A DNA stretch of 63,718 nt, counting the filler, from Sphingomonadaceae bacterium (GTDB lineage Bacteria > Chloroflexota > UBA6077): the NCBI GenBank assembly GCA_050261575.1. It is 4 parts of 4 records of this genome, joined end to end, with 100 filler letters (N's around TTAATTAATTAA, not from the genome) between each part and the next. Parts side by side here need not be neighbours in the genome. Positions count along the whole stretch, not along the records: positions 37,222 to 52,595 come from JBLNDL010000035.1; positions 52,696 to 63,718 come from JBLNDL010000041.1; 2 more parts are not named here. One strand, 5' to 3'. Numbering within the stretch: position 1 is the first letter of the stretch; each line of letters starts with the position of its first letter. The translations under genes and the position numbers were made by a program. Of this stretch, positions 45,999 through 56,287 are shown in pieces. The notes beneath the pieces are model-generated. The model was given only the letters and a program-made list of their open reading frames with translations. It did no database searches and was not told where the DNA came from.

Positions 45999-46574
45999 CT
46001 ACTTTTGCGTCGCCAGGGCCGTTCGCACCGTTGCCCTCGGATCACTAGCCCGCCACAGAGCGAAGGTTGCCATGGTGGCAGCAAATGCCTTCACCATATC
46101 CCCGGGTATGAAGGGCAGCACTCCCACGACGACAGCCTGGTGGACGGGGATGCTCGTCACGTAGGCCATCCAGAGAACACCGGGCACGTAGATGAGGAAG
46201 GCCCCGGCTATGTTCGTTGCCAACAGCAGAGGAAGTGACGCCTTCCCGAAGGGAATGCGCTCCACCGCCCATCCGATGAACAGAGCCACTATCGGCCATG
46301 CAACCAGATAACCGGCGGTTGGACCGACGAAGACACCAAGTCCCCCTCGTCCCCCCGCGAGCACCGGCAGCCCAACGGCAACCAGAACCATCACTACGAG
46401 CATGCTCTGCAGACCCCTGCGAGCACCGAGCACGCCTCCGGCCAGCATCGCTCCAAGTGTCTGTCCGGTAATCGGAATGGGCGACCAGGGTAAGGGGATA
46501 TAGACTGCGCCCAATGCCACCGTCAGCGCGGCAAACAATGCCACCGACGTGAGGTTGCGCATCCTAACATACAT
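45999..46574 (-). CDS. bioY: Biotin ECF S-component BioY
   Basis: PIPITGQT, GLPVLAGGRGG...GPTAGYL, PFIPGDMVKA. Confidence 0.92.
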   Translation of the reverse strand: MYVRMRNLTSVALFAALTVALGAVYIPLPWSPIPITGQTLGAMLAGGVLGARRGLQSMLVVMVLVAVGLPVLAGGRGGLGVFVGPTAGYLVAWPIVALFIGWAVERIPFGKASLPLLLATNIAGAFLIYVPGVLWMAYVTSIPVHQAVVVGVLPFIPGDMVKAFAATMATFALWRASDPRATVRTALATQK

Positions 46575-46702
46575 GGGATTCAACGTTTCTTTTTGCCTAT
46601 TCACTTCCGCTCCAAGACTCGGGGTGTATCGTGCTCGGCTCGTTCGTACTGCTTCAGGAGGGCGACCGCAGAGGTAGATCCCAGCGGCACCGACAAGACC
46701 GG

Positions 46703-46775
46703 CTAAGCAGATATCTCTAGATTGAGTACACGCTTCCCGCCACAAGAGTTGCACGAACCAGAGATACCTGCTTAG
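46703..46775. mobile_element. ~70-bp TIR element, copy C
   Basis: cTA-AGCAGATATCTCT...AGAGATACCTGCT-TAg; TA on both sides. Confidence 0.65.
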
Positions 46776-46812
46776 GAAGAAGCGAACCCGACCGGCGCCG
46801 CCACCAGCACCC

Positions 46813-47886
46813 CTACGACGACTTGCCGAGCTTCGAGGCGATCTCGCCGGCCATCTGGTCCGTGGTGGCCTTTCCTCCCAGGTCCGGGGTAACCACGCGA
46901 CCCTCGGCCGTCACCGCCATCATCGCCTGCAGGATCCGGTCGGCGGACTCCCTCTCGCCCAGGAACTCCAGCATGCTGGCCCCTGCCCAGATGGCGGCGA
47001 TTGGGTTCGCTATCCCCTTCCCCGCGATGTCGGGCGCGGAGCCGTGGACCGGCTCGAACATGGAGGGATACCGCTTCTCCGGGTTCAGGTTGGCGCTCGC
47101 CGGGATACCCAATCCGCCCTGGAGCGCACCACCCAGGTCCGTCAGGATATCGCCGAAGAGGTTGGAGGCGACCACCACGTCCAGGGACTCGGGGCGAAGG
47201 ACGAATTGCGCCGCCAGGGCGTCCACGTGCATCTTGGTCGCCTTCACGTCGGGGTAGTCCGCAGACACCTTGGCCAGCATCTCATCCCAGAATACCATAC
47301 TGTACTGCTGCGCGTTGGACTTGGTGGCCGCCACCAACTGCTTTCTCGGCCTGCTTTGCGCCACTTGGAAGGCGAAGCGCAGCACCCGCTCGACCCCGTG
47401 GCGGGTGAACACCCCGGTCTGGATGGCCACCTCCCGGTCGGTGCTCACGTGGACCCGGCCACCCACACCGGCGTACTCCCCCTCGGTGTTCTCCCTGATA
47501 CAGACGAAGTCCACCTGCTCGGGCCCCTTGTCCCTAAGCGGGCACCGGATACCGGGGAGCAGCTTCACGGGGCGATAGTTGGCGTACTGGTCGAAGCCCT
47601 GGCGGATGGGGAGCAGCAGCCCCCAGAGGGAGATATGATCCGGGACGGTCGGGAAGCCTACGGCACCCAGGTAGACAGCATCGAAGTCTGCCAGGATCTT
47701 CAGCCCATCGTTGGGCATCATCGCCCCGTGCCGAAGGTAGTACTCGCAACTCCAGGGGAACTCCTCGAAGCGCAGGCGAAAACCGCCGTCGAGCTGCTGT
47801 GCCGTCTCCAGCACCCGCCTACCCGCAGCTATTACCTCGCGACCGATGCCGTCTCCAGGGATGCAGGCGATGGAATAGTGCCTCAT
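46813..47886 (-). CDS. ttuC: Tartrate dehydrogenase / D-malate dehydrogenase (decarboxylating)
   Basis: [59 protein letters not shown]. Confidence 0.9.
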   Translation of the reverse strand: MRHYSIACIPGDGIGREVIAAGRRVLETAQQLDGGFRLRFEEFPWSCEYYLRHGAMMPNDGLKILADFDAVYLGAVGFPTVPDHISLWGLLLPIRQGFDQYANYRPVKLLPGIRCPLRDKGPEQVDFVCIRENTEGEYAGVGGRVHVSTDREVAIQTGVFTRHGVERVLRFAFQVAQSRPRKQLVAATKSNAQQYSMVFWDEMLAKVSADYPDVKATKMHVDALAAQFVLRPESLDVVVASNLFGDILTDLGGALQGGLGIPASANLNPEKRYPSMFEPVHGSAPDIAGKGIANPIAAIWAGASMLEFLGERESADRILQAMMAVTAEGRVVTPDLGGKATTDQMAGEIASKLGKSS

Positions 47887-48029
47887 TGCATCTCCTCCCT
47901 GCCGTCGTAGATCCAGTGTCCCATTGGCGCCGCATGCGGGGGCGATACTACCATAAGGTAAAGAAGCTGGGCAACAAACACACGTCCTGAGTGCCACCCA
48001 CTCGAGCAGTCCTCAGGCGCCGGCCCTCG

Positions 48030-49490
48030 CTACGGCTCCCTCCAGAAAGCGGGGCGCAGCAGAATCAGCACCGTCCACAGCTCCAGGCGCCCCACGTACA
48101 TGTCGAATGTGAAGATCACCTTCGCCAGGTCGGGCATCGGCGAGAAGTTCATGGTGGGACCCACCATCGCGAGGCCAGGCCCCACGTTGCCCAGCGTCGC
48201 CGCCACCCCGCTCAAGGCCGATATGAAGTCGATCCCCAGGGCCGTGAGCGCGATAGTGGAGAAGAGGAAGATCGACTGGTAGACGATGAAGAATGCTACG
48301 CTCTCCCTCACGATGCCTTCCGGCACCACCCGCCCGCCCATCTTGATCGGCAGCACCACGCGTGGGTGAAACACGTTGTACAACTGTCGGTGGGCGTACT
48401 TGCTAACGATCACCAGCCGCACCACCTTCAGCGCCCCTCCCGTCGAGCCCGAGGAGGCCCCGATGAACATGACCAGCAGCAGGATGGTCTTGCTGAACCA
48501 CGGCCACTGGTCGAAGTCCGCCGTCATGAAGCCGGTGGTCGTCTGCTGGGACACCACCTGGAAGCTGCTGAAGCGGATCGCCTCCAGGAAGGAGGTGTAA
48601 CCGGCGTTGGCCATCAGGTCGATCGCCACCAGCAGGCTGCAGCCCGCCAGGATGGCGAAGTAGACCTTCAGTTCCGTGTCCGCAAGCGCCTTACGGATCT
48701 TGCCCCGCCACATCAAGTAGTAGAGGCCGAAGTTCGTACCTGCTAAAGCCATGAAGGCGACGATGATCCACTCCGCGGCCGGGTTCCGGTAGTAGGCGAT
48801 GCTCGCGTTACGGGGCGAGAACCCGCCGGTTGCCATGGTACCAAAGGTGTTCGCTATGGAGTCGAAGAGGGGCATCCCGACCAGCACCAACAGGATGACC
48901 AGCGCCAGGGTCATCACCGAGTAGATCACCCACAGGGCCTTGGCGGTGTCCCGGATCCTCGGGGTGACCCGATCCACCTGTGGGGCCGGGGCCTCGTCCT
49001 CGAAGAGGGAAGAAGCCCCGGCGGCGCCGATCCGGGTGAGGGGGACCAACGCGATGAAGAGGGCGATGATCCCCATGCCCCCCAACCACTGCGTGAAGCC
49101 GCGCCAGAGGAGGATCCCGTGGGGCTGGGCCTCGATGTCGGCAAGCACCGAGGAGCCGGTGGTGGTGAAGCCGGACATGGCCTCGAAGTAGGCATCGACG
49201 AAGCTGGTGAATGTTCCGGCGAGCATGTAGGGCAGCGCCCCGAAGGCCGAAGCCAGCGCCCAGCCCAAGGCCACCACCAGGAAGGACTCCTTGCGCATCA
49301 TCGGACCCGGCTGCTTCCGGGTCAACACCCACGCCGTCCCGCCCACCGCCGCCGTTATCAGGGCCGAGGTCAGCAGCGCCAGCCGGTCACTCTCTCCGTA
49401 GAGGACGCTGACCCCGAACGGCACCAGCATCAATCCGCCCATGAGGACGAGCAGCGATCCGAGGTAGTGAACGACTACTGTTGGTCTCAT
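48030..49490 (-). CDS. trkH: Trk potassium uptake membrane protein
   Basis: FEAMSGFTTTG, QWLGGMGII, ATGGFS, GSTGGA, LGNVGPG, GRLE. Confidence 0.95.
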   Translation of the reverse strand: MRPTVVVHYLGSLLVLMGGLMLVPFGVSVLYGESDRLALLTSALITAAVGGTAWVLTRKQPGPMMRKESFLVVALGWALASAFGALPYMLAGTFTSFVDAYFEAMSGFTTTGSSVLADIEAQPHGILLWRGFTQWLGGMGIIALFIALVPLTRIGAAGASSLFEDEAPAPQVDRVTPRIRDTAKALWVIYSVMTLALVILLVLVGMPLFDSIANTFGTMATGGFSPRNASIAYYRNPAAEWIIVAFMALAGTNFGLYYLMWRGKIRKALADTELKVYFAILAGCSLLVAIDLMANAGYTSFLEAIRFSSFQVVSQQTTTGFMTADFDQWPWFSKTILLLVMFIGASSGSTGGALKVVRLVIVSKYAHRQLYNVFHPRVVLPIKMGGRVVPEGIVRESVAFFIVYQSIFLFSTIALTALGIDFISALSGVAATLGNVGPGLAMVGPTMNFSPMPDLAKVIFTFDMYVGRLELWTVLILLRPAFWREP

Positions 49491-50830
49491 GCGCCCGCGA
49501 ACAGCCTTTCCACTTCAGCTATCGTGGACGGCAGAGCCACGACGACGACGCGATCGCCCGCGAGCAGCCGGGTATCGCCGTCCGGCACCGTCGCCTTTCC
49601 TCCCCTCAGGATCGCACCCACCATGGCGCCGTTGGGGAACTTGACCTCCCTGAGCATCCGCCCCACCACCTTCGAGCCCGGCGCCGCCACCAGCTCGATC
49701 GCCTCCGCCTGCTGCTGCTCCAGCAATGTGACCGAGAGCACCTCGCCCCTGCGAATGAACTTGAGGATCGCTCCGGCGCTCAGCAGAAGGGGGCTGATGG
49801 CCGCGTCTATCCCGAACTTCTCGGCCAGCGGCACGTACTCCGGCTCGTTGAACACTGCGATGGAGCGCTTGACCCCCATCTGCTTGGAGAGGAGCGCCAT
49901 CAGGATGTTCAGCTCACCGCGGGCGGTGATGCCGACGAAGGCATCCGCCCCCGGCACCGCCTCCTCCCGGAAGACATCCAGATCGTGCTCGTCCCCGCAG
50001 ATCACCCTGGCGTTGCGCAACTCTGCCGCCAGCAGTTCGCATCGCTCCCTGTTCTGCTCTATCACCTTCACCCGCACGTTCTGCCGCTCCAGCATTCGGG
50101 CCAACTGGAAACCGATACGGCCGCAGCCGAAAATGGTGATGTTGTGGGCCGCGCCTCCCCCCTTCGGGATGCCGAACAGCGGCTCCAGATCCCGGATGTG
50201 TCCCCGGTCAGCCACCACGTAGACGTGATCGCCCGGCCGGATGGAGTCGGACCCTCGTGGGATGATCGCCCCCTCCGGGCGGACGATCGCCACGATCTTG
50301 CACGGCCTCGGGAACTGCACCTGCGACAGCGGCACGTTCGCGATCGAGGTCTCGCCCACCTTGTACTCGGCCATCCGGATCTTGCCGGCCCCGAAGTCCT
50401 CGGCAGCGATGGCCGAACCCGACGAAAGCACGTCGATGATCTCGTCGGCAGCCACCAACTCGGGCGTCACCACGTGGTCGATACCCAGCGCCGAGAAGGC
50501 CACCGCCCCGCCGTTGGTTACGTACTCCTCTCGCCGAAGCCGCGCTATGGTCCGGCGAGCCCCCATCTGCTTCGCGGTAAAGCAGGCGACCATGTTCACC
50601 TCGTCGATGTCCGTGGCCGCCACCACCAGGTCCGCCTGCTTCGCCCCCGCGTCCTCCAACACCGTTGGGTTGGCCCCGTTGCCCTGGACGGTCATCACGT
50701 CTATCTTCCGTCGGATCCGGTCGATCTGCTCGTCCGACTGTTCCACCACCACCACGTCGTGTCCCTCGTGGGAAATCATACGCGCCGCGTTGTAGCCGAC
50801 CACGCCGGCACCGATCACTATCACCTTCAT
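49487..50830 (-). CDS. trkA: Trk potassium uptake regulatory subunit
   Basis: Two RCK_N (IGAGVVG, FGCGRIG) and two RCK_C domains. Confidence 0.95.
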   Translation of the reverse strand: MKVIVIGAGVVGYNAARMISHEGHDVVVVEQSDEQIDRIRRKIDVMTVQGNGANPTVLEDAGAKQADLVVAATDIDEVNMVACFTAKQMGARRTIARLRREEYVTNGGAVAFSALGIDHVVTPELVAADEIIDVLSSGSAIAAEDFGAGKIRMAEYKVGETSIANVPLSQVQFPRPCKIVAIVRPEGAIIPRGSDSIRPGDHVYVVADRGHIRDLEPLFGIPKGGGAAHNITIFGCGRIGFQLARMLERQNVRVKVIEQNRERCELLAAELRNARVICGDEHDLDVFREEAVPGADAFVGITARGELNILMALLSKQMGVKRSIAVFNEPEYVPLAEKFGIDAAISPLLLSAGAILKFIRRGEVLSVTLLEQQQAEAIELVAAPGSKVVGRMLREVKFPNGAMVGAILRGGKATVPDGDTRLLAGDRVVVVALPSTIAEVERLFAGA

Positions 50831-50950
50831 AGAAGTGCTCCTCCTACCATACACCCGATAACAGTCATCAAGCTCTGCCCGCATGCCCGGGCGCAAGGAA
50901 GGCACGGAGATCGTCACGAGGAAGAAATGGAGGATGAGGTAGGGACATCT

Positions 50951-52225
50951 CTATCGGAAGAAACCCCGCTTCTTGGCCTGTCCTGAAGCGGCATCGGCCC
51001 TGGGGGCCCCGCCGGCAAGATCTCTCGCCAGCCCACGAATGGCCCTCGCCAGGGACGAGCCCGGTTGCGTCTCGACCAGGGTTTCGCCTCGCAGGGCGGC
51101 CTTCGTCGGGGCATCTCCACCGTAGGGCAGCTCGGCAGATAGCGCTCGCTGCAGCGTGCTCTCGATCTGCTCTTTGGTCAGTGTCTTATAGGGGAAGAGG
51201 CGGTTCAACAGGTAGAAGCTCCTGTCGCTAGGGATGTGCATCACGTCGTTCAGTATCCTCTGACACTCCCGGGCATCCCGCAACGAGGAGACCTCCGGGG
51301 AGCAGAGTAACAGTATCCTATCCGAGGACTCCAACGCCGCCAGCACCGGATCCGTGAAGCAGGACTCGGTATCCACCACCACGAAGGCGAAGTGGCGTCG
51401 AAGCTGCTGGATGGCCGCTCGCGCCATCTCCCCGGTCACGGCCTCCCCTTCCTCTGGTCGGGTCGCGCCAACCAGCAGCCTCAAGCTGCTGCTAGGGTGC
51501 ACCGATAGGTAATGGCGCAAGCCATCCTCCATGCCCATGTTCTGGAGGGAGTCCGCATTGGTGCCGGAGAGGCTGAGCTTTGGGGTAAGGTTCAGTAGAA
51601 GGGCGGCATGGCCGAAGGTGAGCGAGAGGTCCAGCAGCGCCACCGAGTCGGGGTGTTCCTGCGCCAAAGCGACGGCCAGGTTTACGGCCAGGGTGGACTT
51701 CCCGACCCCGCCCTTGGGGCTGAACACCGTGAACAGCTTGCCCATTCGGCCGTGGGAGCCCACCTTCTGGCCGGACTCCTCGGACTGAGCGGCCTGCCGC
51801 TGAAGGGTGACGGCCTGAAGCTGTGCCATCACCTTCATCATCTGGAGCATCACCTGGACGTTGCCGGCCTGGAAGAGGTCGAAATCCTCTTTCCGAAGCA
51901 CCAGCAACCCGGCGTCGGTCAGCGCCCGCATCGTAGCGGGGCTGCGCTCCCCCGTGAGGAGGGCCATCTCTCCGAAGTACTGCCCCTCGGAGAAGACGCC
52001 CAGCACGCTCTCCCCACCCGTGGGATCGGCGGCCGCAGCCAGAATCCGGCCCGACACCACGAAGTACAGGGCATCCCCCACGTCTCCCTGGCGACAGATC
52101 ACAGCACCCTTATTGACCTGTCTCTCCACGAGGAGACCGGCGATCCTCTGCAGATCCTCTTGCGAGACCTGCCGGAAGACTTCGGTCGATCTCAGAAGAT
52201 CGACGCGTTTCACCACGTACCTCAA
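50951..52225 (-). CDS. cNMP-binding domain fused to CpaE/TadZ-like (MinD/ParA) ATPase
   Basis: ICRQGDVGDALYFVVSG...YFGEMALL...SPATMRA, then FSPKGGVGKSTLAVNLAVAL, LLDLSLTFG, VVVDT; ends KKRGFFR. Confidence 0.87.
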   Translation of the reverse strand: MRYVVKRVDLLRSTEVFRQVSQEDLQRIAGLLVERQVNKGAVICRQGDVGDALYFVVSGRILAAAADPTGGESVLGVFSEGQYFGEMALLTGERSPATMRALTDAGLLVLRKEDFDLFQAGNVQVMLQMMKVMAQLQAVTLQRQAAQSEESGQKVGSHGRMGKLFTVFSPKGGVGKSTLAVNLAVALAQEHPDSVALLDLSLTFGHAALLLNLTPKLSLSGTNADSLQNMGMEDGLRHYLSVHPSSSLRLLVGATRPEEGEAVTGEMARAAIQQLRRHFAFVVVDTESCFTDPVLAALESSDRILLLCSPEVSSLRDARECQRILNDVMHIPSDRSFYLLNRLFPYKTLTKEQIESTLQRALSAELPYGGDAPTKAALRGETLVETQPGSSLARAIRGLARDLAGGAPRADAASGQAKKRGFFR

Positions 52226-52450
52226 AGCAATGGTGGATGCCTCAAAGCAGCCAACTTCAGATCACGTCGACTCTTCCGGCGAGGATCGCGAGTTCTCTCT
52301 GGAGATGGCCGCCCGGCCCTTGCTCGCTGACGAGAGCCTCCGGCGAGAGCTTCCATCGCTTGGGACCACCCAGCGAGAAGGGCACCTGGCGTCGAGGCGA
52401 TAAGGGGCATTTTACCACTTTGCCGACGGCCTGCAACTGTCCGATTCCCT

Positions 52451-52467
52451 CCCCTAATCCGTGGATT
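52451..52467. promoter_or_regulatory. CCCCTAATCCGTGGATT motif, copy 1
   Basis: AATCC-GT-GGATT palindrome; identical 17-mer at 63598. Confidence 0.5.
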
Positions 52468-52574
52468 GACGCTCGGGGCATCACCTGATGGGTGAATGGG
52501 AAGGGATGGGCCTGGGTGGCGGGAGAGGACAAGTGGCCATCTTCCGGGTAGACTGTGGGCCTCGGGAGGTGGAG

Positions 52575-52595
52575 ATGGCAAGGCGGAAGATACTA
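52575..52595 (+). CDS. Start of a gene truncated by the contig end (MARRKIL..., possibly a receiver domain)
   Basis: GGGAGGTGGAG SD then ATG; only 7 codons visible. Confidence 0.45.
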
Positions 52596-52695
52596 NNNNN
52601 NNNNNNNNNNNNNNNNNNNNNNNNNNNNNNNNNNNNNNNTTAATTAATTAANNNNNNNNNNNNNNNNNNNNNNNNNNNNNNNNNNNNNNNNNNNN
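52596..52695. other. Assembly linker (contig join)
   Basis: N-run + TTAATTAATTAA + N-run. Confidence 0.98.
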
Positions 52696-53273
52696 GTCAC
52701 GATTCGTTCGGTCTTCTCCTTGTGACACAGGATTATGACTATTTCTTTTTCGGGCTCGATGTCCACCGAGAACACCCTCTTCGTTTCGTGGATTCCCGAG
52801 CCTCTCGCATTGACGACTGTCCCGCCTCGGGATCCTGCCTTGGTTGCCGCGTCGATCACCTGCCCAGCCTTCCCTTTGTCCACGATCACCGTAACAGTCT
52901 GGTACACAGCCTCGACTGCACCTCCTCCTTCATCGCTCTCGTCGCACCTGAGAAGTCTGGTTCCTGCCACATGGCAGATGGATGTGGTGAATGCTATGCC
53001 ATGATTCGGCTTCTCGAAGCGGAATTCCCTGTCCAGCACGTCCAGAACACGATCGGCCGTTTCTCTGTCTGCGCCCAGCAGTACGATTTCTTTCCTTACA
53101 TCAGAGATACCCAAGAAGCTCAGCACCCGGTCACTCACTGTGCCCATCCCCAGGAAGACCGTCCCACCCTTAACACCATGTTGCCTGGCGAGACGCACCA
53201 CCCTGTTTCCCTGCCCGAGGCTCACTACTACCGAAATCAGGACTGCAGAGGACGCTCTATCGTCAAATACCAT
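52696..53273 (-). CDS. Tandem PII-like regulator (3' truncated)
   Basis: GVKGGTVFLGMGT..KEIV and AGSRGGTVVNARGSG..IEPEKEIV. Confidence 0.85.
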
Positions 53274-54762
53274 CCCCTTCTATGCCCTCTTTCTTGGAGT
53301 TCAGCTTGAAAACGCCACCCAGGATCTGCAAGGCGATTATCGGCGTCAATGCTACCATTGCGATTACGCCGAATCCATCTACCAGGACGCTCGCCCCTTC
53401 TATCGCTTCAGCCACACCATGGGCAAATGCCAGTATGAATGTCGCCGTCATCGGACCAGACGCGACGCCTCCCGCGTCGAATGCGATTCCCACAAACAGC
53501 TTTGGCACCCAATGGGCCATAGCTATCGAGATCAGATAGCCTGGCAACAGGTAGTGCCACAATTGGATTTCCGGAACAAGTATCCTGAGCATAGACAGTG
53601 CAACGGCGAGACCCACGCCGATTGATAGCGCAGCCAGCACCAGTCTCCTGTTCACGTAGCCGCTCGTAACATCCTCGATCTGGTGTGTCAGTACGTGGAC
53701 TGCCGGTTCGGCCAGTACGACAACAAGACCCAGGGCGAATCCTGTAATGGCAGTGTAGGCCCAGTTGTCCATGGTCGCTATCCGATATCCGATAGTACTG
53801 CCCACATCCATGAAACCGGCATTTACGCCAGTTAGGAATAGGACTATTCCTGCAAAGGTGAACAGGAGCCCCGTCAGTATCCGTCGGAATGCCTTACCCG
53901 ATGCCTTTAGCGAGACTTTCTGGATAACGAGGAAGACCAACAAGATGGGAAGCAGAGCCAGAAAGACGTCCCTGGCCACTGTTGGGAGTTCCTGAGCAAA
54001 CGGGCCGAGGATCGATGTCGAGTGCCCTTCATCGTATGGAAGGCTCCCCGTTATTCTGTCGGTTTCGGAGACGATGCTCATCAGCATGACCGAGACTATC
54101 GCCCCGGTCGAAGTCACAGCGACCAGGCCGAAGCTGTCTTTCTCGGAAGCCTTGCTATCCTTCTTCAACTCCGCGGCGCCCACCGCAAGGGAGAGAATGA
54201 ATGGAACCGTGAGCGCACCGGTCGTTGCTCCGGACGCATCGAAGGATATGGCCAGGAACTCGGGCGACGTGAACATGGCAAGTACGTATATACCGAAGTA
54301 CAGGACAGTAATCACCAGGTAGAGCGGAACGTTGTAGATGATTCTTACGAGGCCTAAGGAAAGCATCACCGCAATCCCGACAGACACGATGACGACGATA
54401 CTGGCTTTCGATACGACACCCGATGTCACAGACTCGACTTGTCCGGCAAGGACGTGCAGGTCAGGTTCGGCAATGGATATCAAGAAACCAAGGCTCAGCC
54501 CGGCGACAACCACCAGCCAGAGCTTATTCGTTCTTGTTATCAGCGAGCCCACGGATTGCCCGATTGGGGTAATTCCAACATCCACGCCAATCAGGAAGAT
54601 GGCTAGTCCGATACTGATCAGTAAGGCCCCAACGGTAAACCTTATTACTTCCGATGGAGCGAGCGGGGTTATGGTGAAGCTCAATATCAATACCAATACG
54701 GCGATCGGTACTACGGCGTATGCTGCCTCCTTCAGTTTGGACGCTATGACATACATGAACAC
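53263..54762 (-). CDS. Double DUF1538 membrane protein
   Basis: Duplicated AEPDL/AEPAV and FDASGATTGALTVP/FDAGGVASGPMTA motifs. Confidence 0.9.
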   Translation of the reverse strand: MFMYVIASKLKEAAYAVVPIAVLVLILSFTITPLAPSEVIRFTVGALLISIGLAIFLIGVDVGITPIGQSVGSLITRTNKLWLVVVAGLSLGFLISIAEPDLHVLAGQVESVTSGVVSKASIVVIVSVGIAVMLSLGLVRIIYNVPLYLVITVLYFGIYVLAMFTSPEFLAISFDASGATTGALTVPFILSLAVGAAELKKDSKASEKDSFGLVAVTSTGAIVSVMLMSIVSETDRITGSLPYDEGHSTSILGPFAQELPTVARDVFLALLPILLVFLVIQKVSLKASGKAFRRILTGLLFTFAGIVLFLTGVNAGFMDVGSTIGYRIATMDNWAYTAITGFALGLVVVLAEPAVHVLTHQIEDVTSGYVNRRLVLAALSIGVGLAVALSMLRILVPEIQLWHYLLPGYLISIAMAHWVPKLFVGIAFDAGGVASGPMTATFILAFAHGVAEAIEGASVLVDGFGVIAMVALTPIIALQILGGVFKLNSKKEGIEGDGI

Positions 54763-54944
54763 ACCTTTCCCTTGCTGGCATTTCCCTCTATCAGGGCGAT
54801 GAGTCGCTTGAGAAACGAAGGCCTACACCCGCAAGGAGTCCCCAGCAAGGCAAATCATCTCGACTCGACCGAGGATCGCTAAGCCCGGAAATCGCCAAGG
54901 CTTTCGGTGTCACATCAGGACGTTAGCCCGTCTCTCCTATGGGC

Positions 54945-55433
54945 TCAGCCTGCCCCCACTTCAGCTTCGCGGGCGGACTTGCCAGACCACTCGCCTCTGA
55001 CGATCAGAACCGGGCAGGGGGCATAGCGCGCCACATAGTCGCTCACACTCCCTATCAGCAAGCTCTGGGCTAATCCAAGTCCACGGCGCCCCATGACGAT
55101 GATGTCATAGCCGCCCCGGCCGGCCAAATCGACGATTGCCTCACCCGGCGACCCCTCTCGCAGCTCCGCCTTCACCGCAATGCCAGACTCGCGGAAAAGG
55201 TCGAGCGCGAAGTCCAGGATCACCCTGCCTTCCTTCAGCAGCTCCAGCCTGTGTCTGGCTTGATCCTCAAAGTAGACGCCGGGCAGGTACACAGGCAGCG
55301 GTACCACTTCCACCACGTGCAGCAGGGTAACGGCGGATCGAAGCTGGCGTGCCAACTGGATAGCGTACGCCACTGCCTCCATGGCGTCCTCTGACCCGTC
55401 TGTCGGCAACAGTATCCGGTCGATAAGCTGCAT
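54945..55433 (-). CDS. Universal stress protein
   Basis: ILLPTDGS...DIIVMGRRGLG..LIGSVSDYV..APCPVLIVR. Confidence 0.92.
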   Translation of the reverse strand: MQLIDRILLPTDGSEDAMEAVAYAIQLARQLRSAVTLLHVVEVVPLPVYLPGVYFEDQARHRLELLKEGRVILDFALDLFRESGIAVKAELREGSPGEAIVDLAGRGGYDIIVMGRRGLGLAQSLLIGSVSDYVARYAPCPVLIVRGEWSGKSAREAEVGAG

Positions 55434-55470
55434 CCCTGCCTACCTTCCCTGTCACGCCAACGGCGGCATC

Positions 55471-56013
55471 TCAGCGAGCCGGCAGTCCGTACACCTCCCG
55501 CAGCCGCCCCAACTCCACCTCCGCCTCGGCCGCCAGCTCCACGTACCTGTCCAGGAAGCCCATACCCCGGCTGATCTCCACGTACTTGTTGAAGCGAAAG
55601 CCGTTCTTCACCACCTCTGCGCCCTCGCTCGCGTTGCGGAGGGCATCCACGAACAGCTTGTGGTGCCGCTGGGCAGGCTTGGGGGCCGGGATCTCCTCGA
55701 ACTTCCTCAGCGTGTCGGTGATCCGCCACCAGTAGCCTGCGGAGAGGTTGGCCGCTATCTGGCCGTTCCGGATCGGCTCCGAAACCGACTCCCGCCACTC
55801 CTCGTAGAGGCGGCCGGACTGCAAGATGAGGGGAATGGCGGCCTCCAGATAGCCGGACAGCTCCGCCCGCTCCCGGCGAATACGCTCCTCCCGGCGCTTC
55901 CTCCAGTAGTTGGCGGGGTTCAGGATGGCGGACCAACGGCCCGGGGTAACGCTGTCGGCTTGGGGAAGAGGCTCGCCCATTGCAGCTCCCCTGGGGGATT
56001 TGCGCATCGACAC
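55471..56013 (-). CDS. Hypothetical helical protein
   Basis: Plausible globular composition and high GC3; no family recognised; start uncertain. Confidence 0.65.
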   Translation of the reverse strand: MSMRKSPRGAAMGEPLPQADSVTPGRWSAILNPANYWRKRREERIRRERAELSGYLEAAIPLILQSGRLYEEWRESVSEPIRNGQIAANLSAGYWWRITDTLRKFEEIPAPKPAQRHHKLFVDALRNASEGAEVVKNGFRFNKYVEISRGMGFLDRYVELAAEAEVELGRLREVYGLPAR

Positions 56014-56287
56014 CTCTAGTGTACCGGCCGCTCTAGAGGAGCGTCAACAGCCCGGCCTGCATCGTAGTGTTTGTCGGCGAAATGGGTATGGTTGCATCAG
56101 AAATCGTGTCGGTGAGGGACAGAGCAACCATGACCCCTGGGAACGTTCGGGAGTAGCCGAGGCGATGAGGCCTCGGCACGTGCCAGTGTCCCATCCTGCA
56201 ACCTAACTGCGGGACCGAATCGTGCTGCTGCCCGCCCCCTGCAGCAAGTGAGCGAGACAGAACAGTCTATTTGGGGAGAGTGCGGAG

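Noticed and set aside
46703..46775. TIR element as a BirA operator or integron attC
   Set aside because: Only one half resembles TGTCAAC, copies occur at non-biotin genes, and RYYYAAC/GTTRRRY ends are absent.
54794..54826. GGCGATGAGTCGC...CCTAC fluoride-riboswitch-like string
   Set aside because: Wrong strand for the adjacent gene and incomplete consensus.
56161..56177. GGCGATGAGGCC resembling the fluoride riboswitch 5' end
   Set aside because: Lacks the CGCC closing strand and the 3' CUGAUG..CUAC pseudoknot partner.
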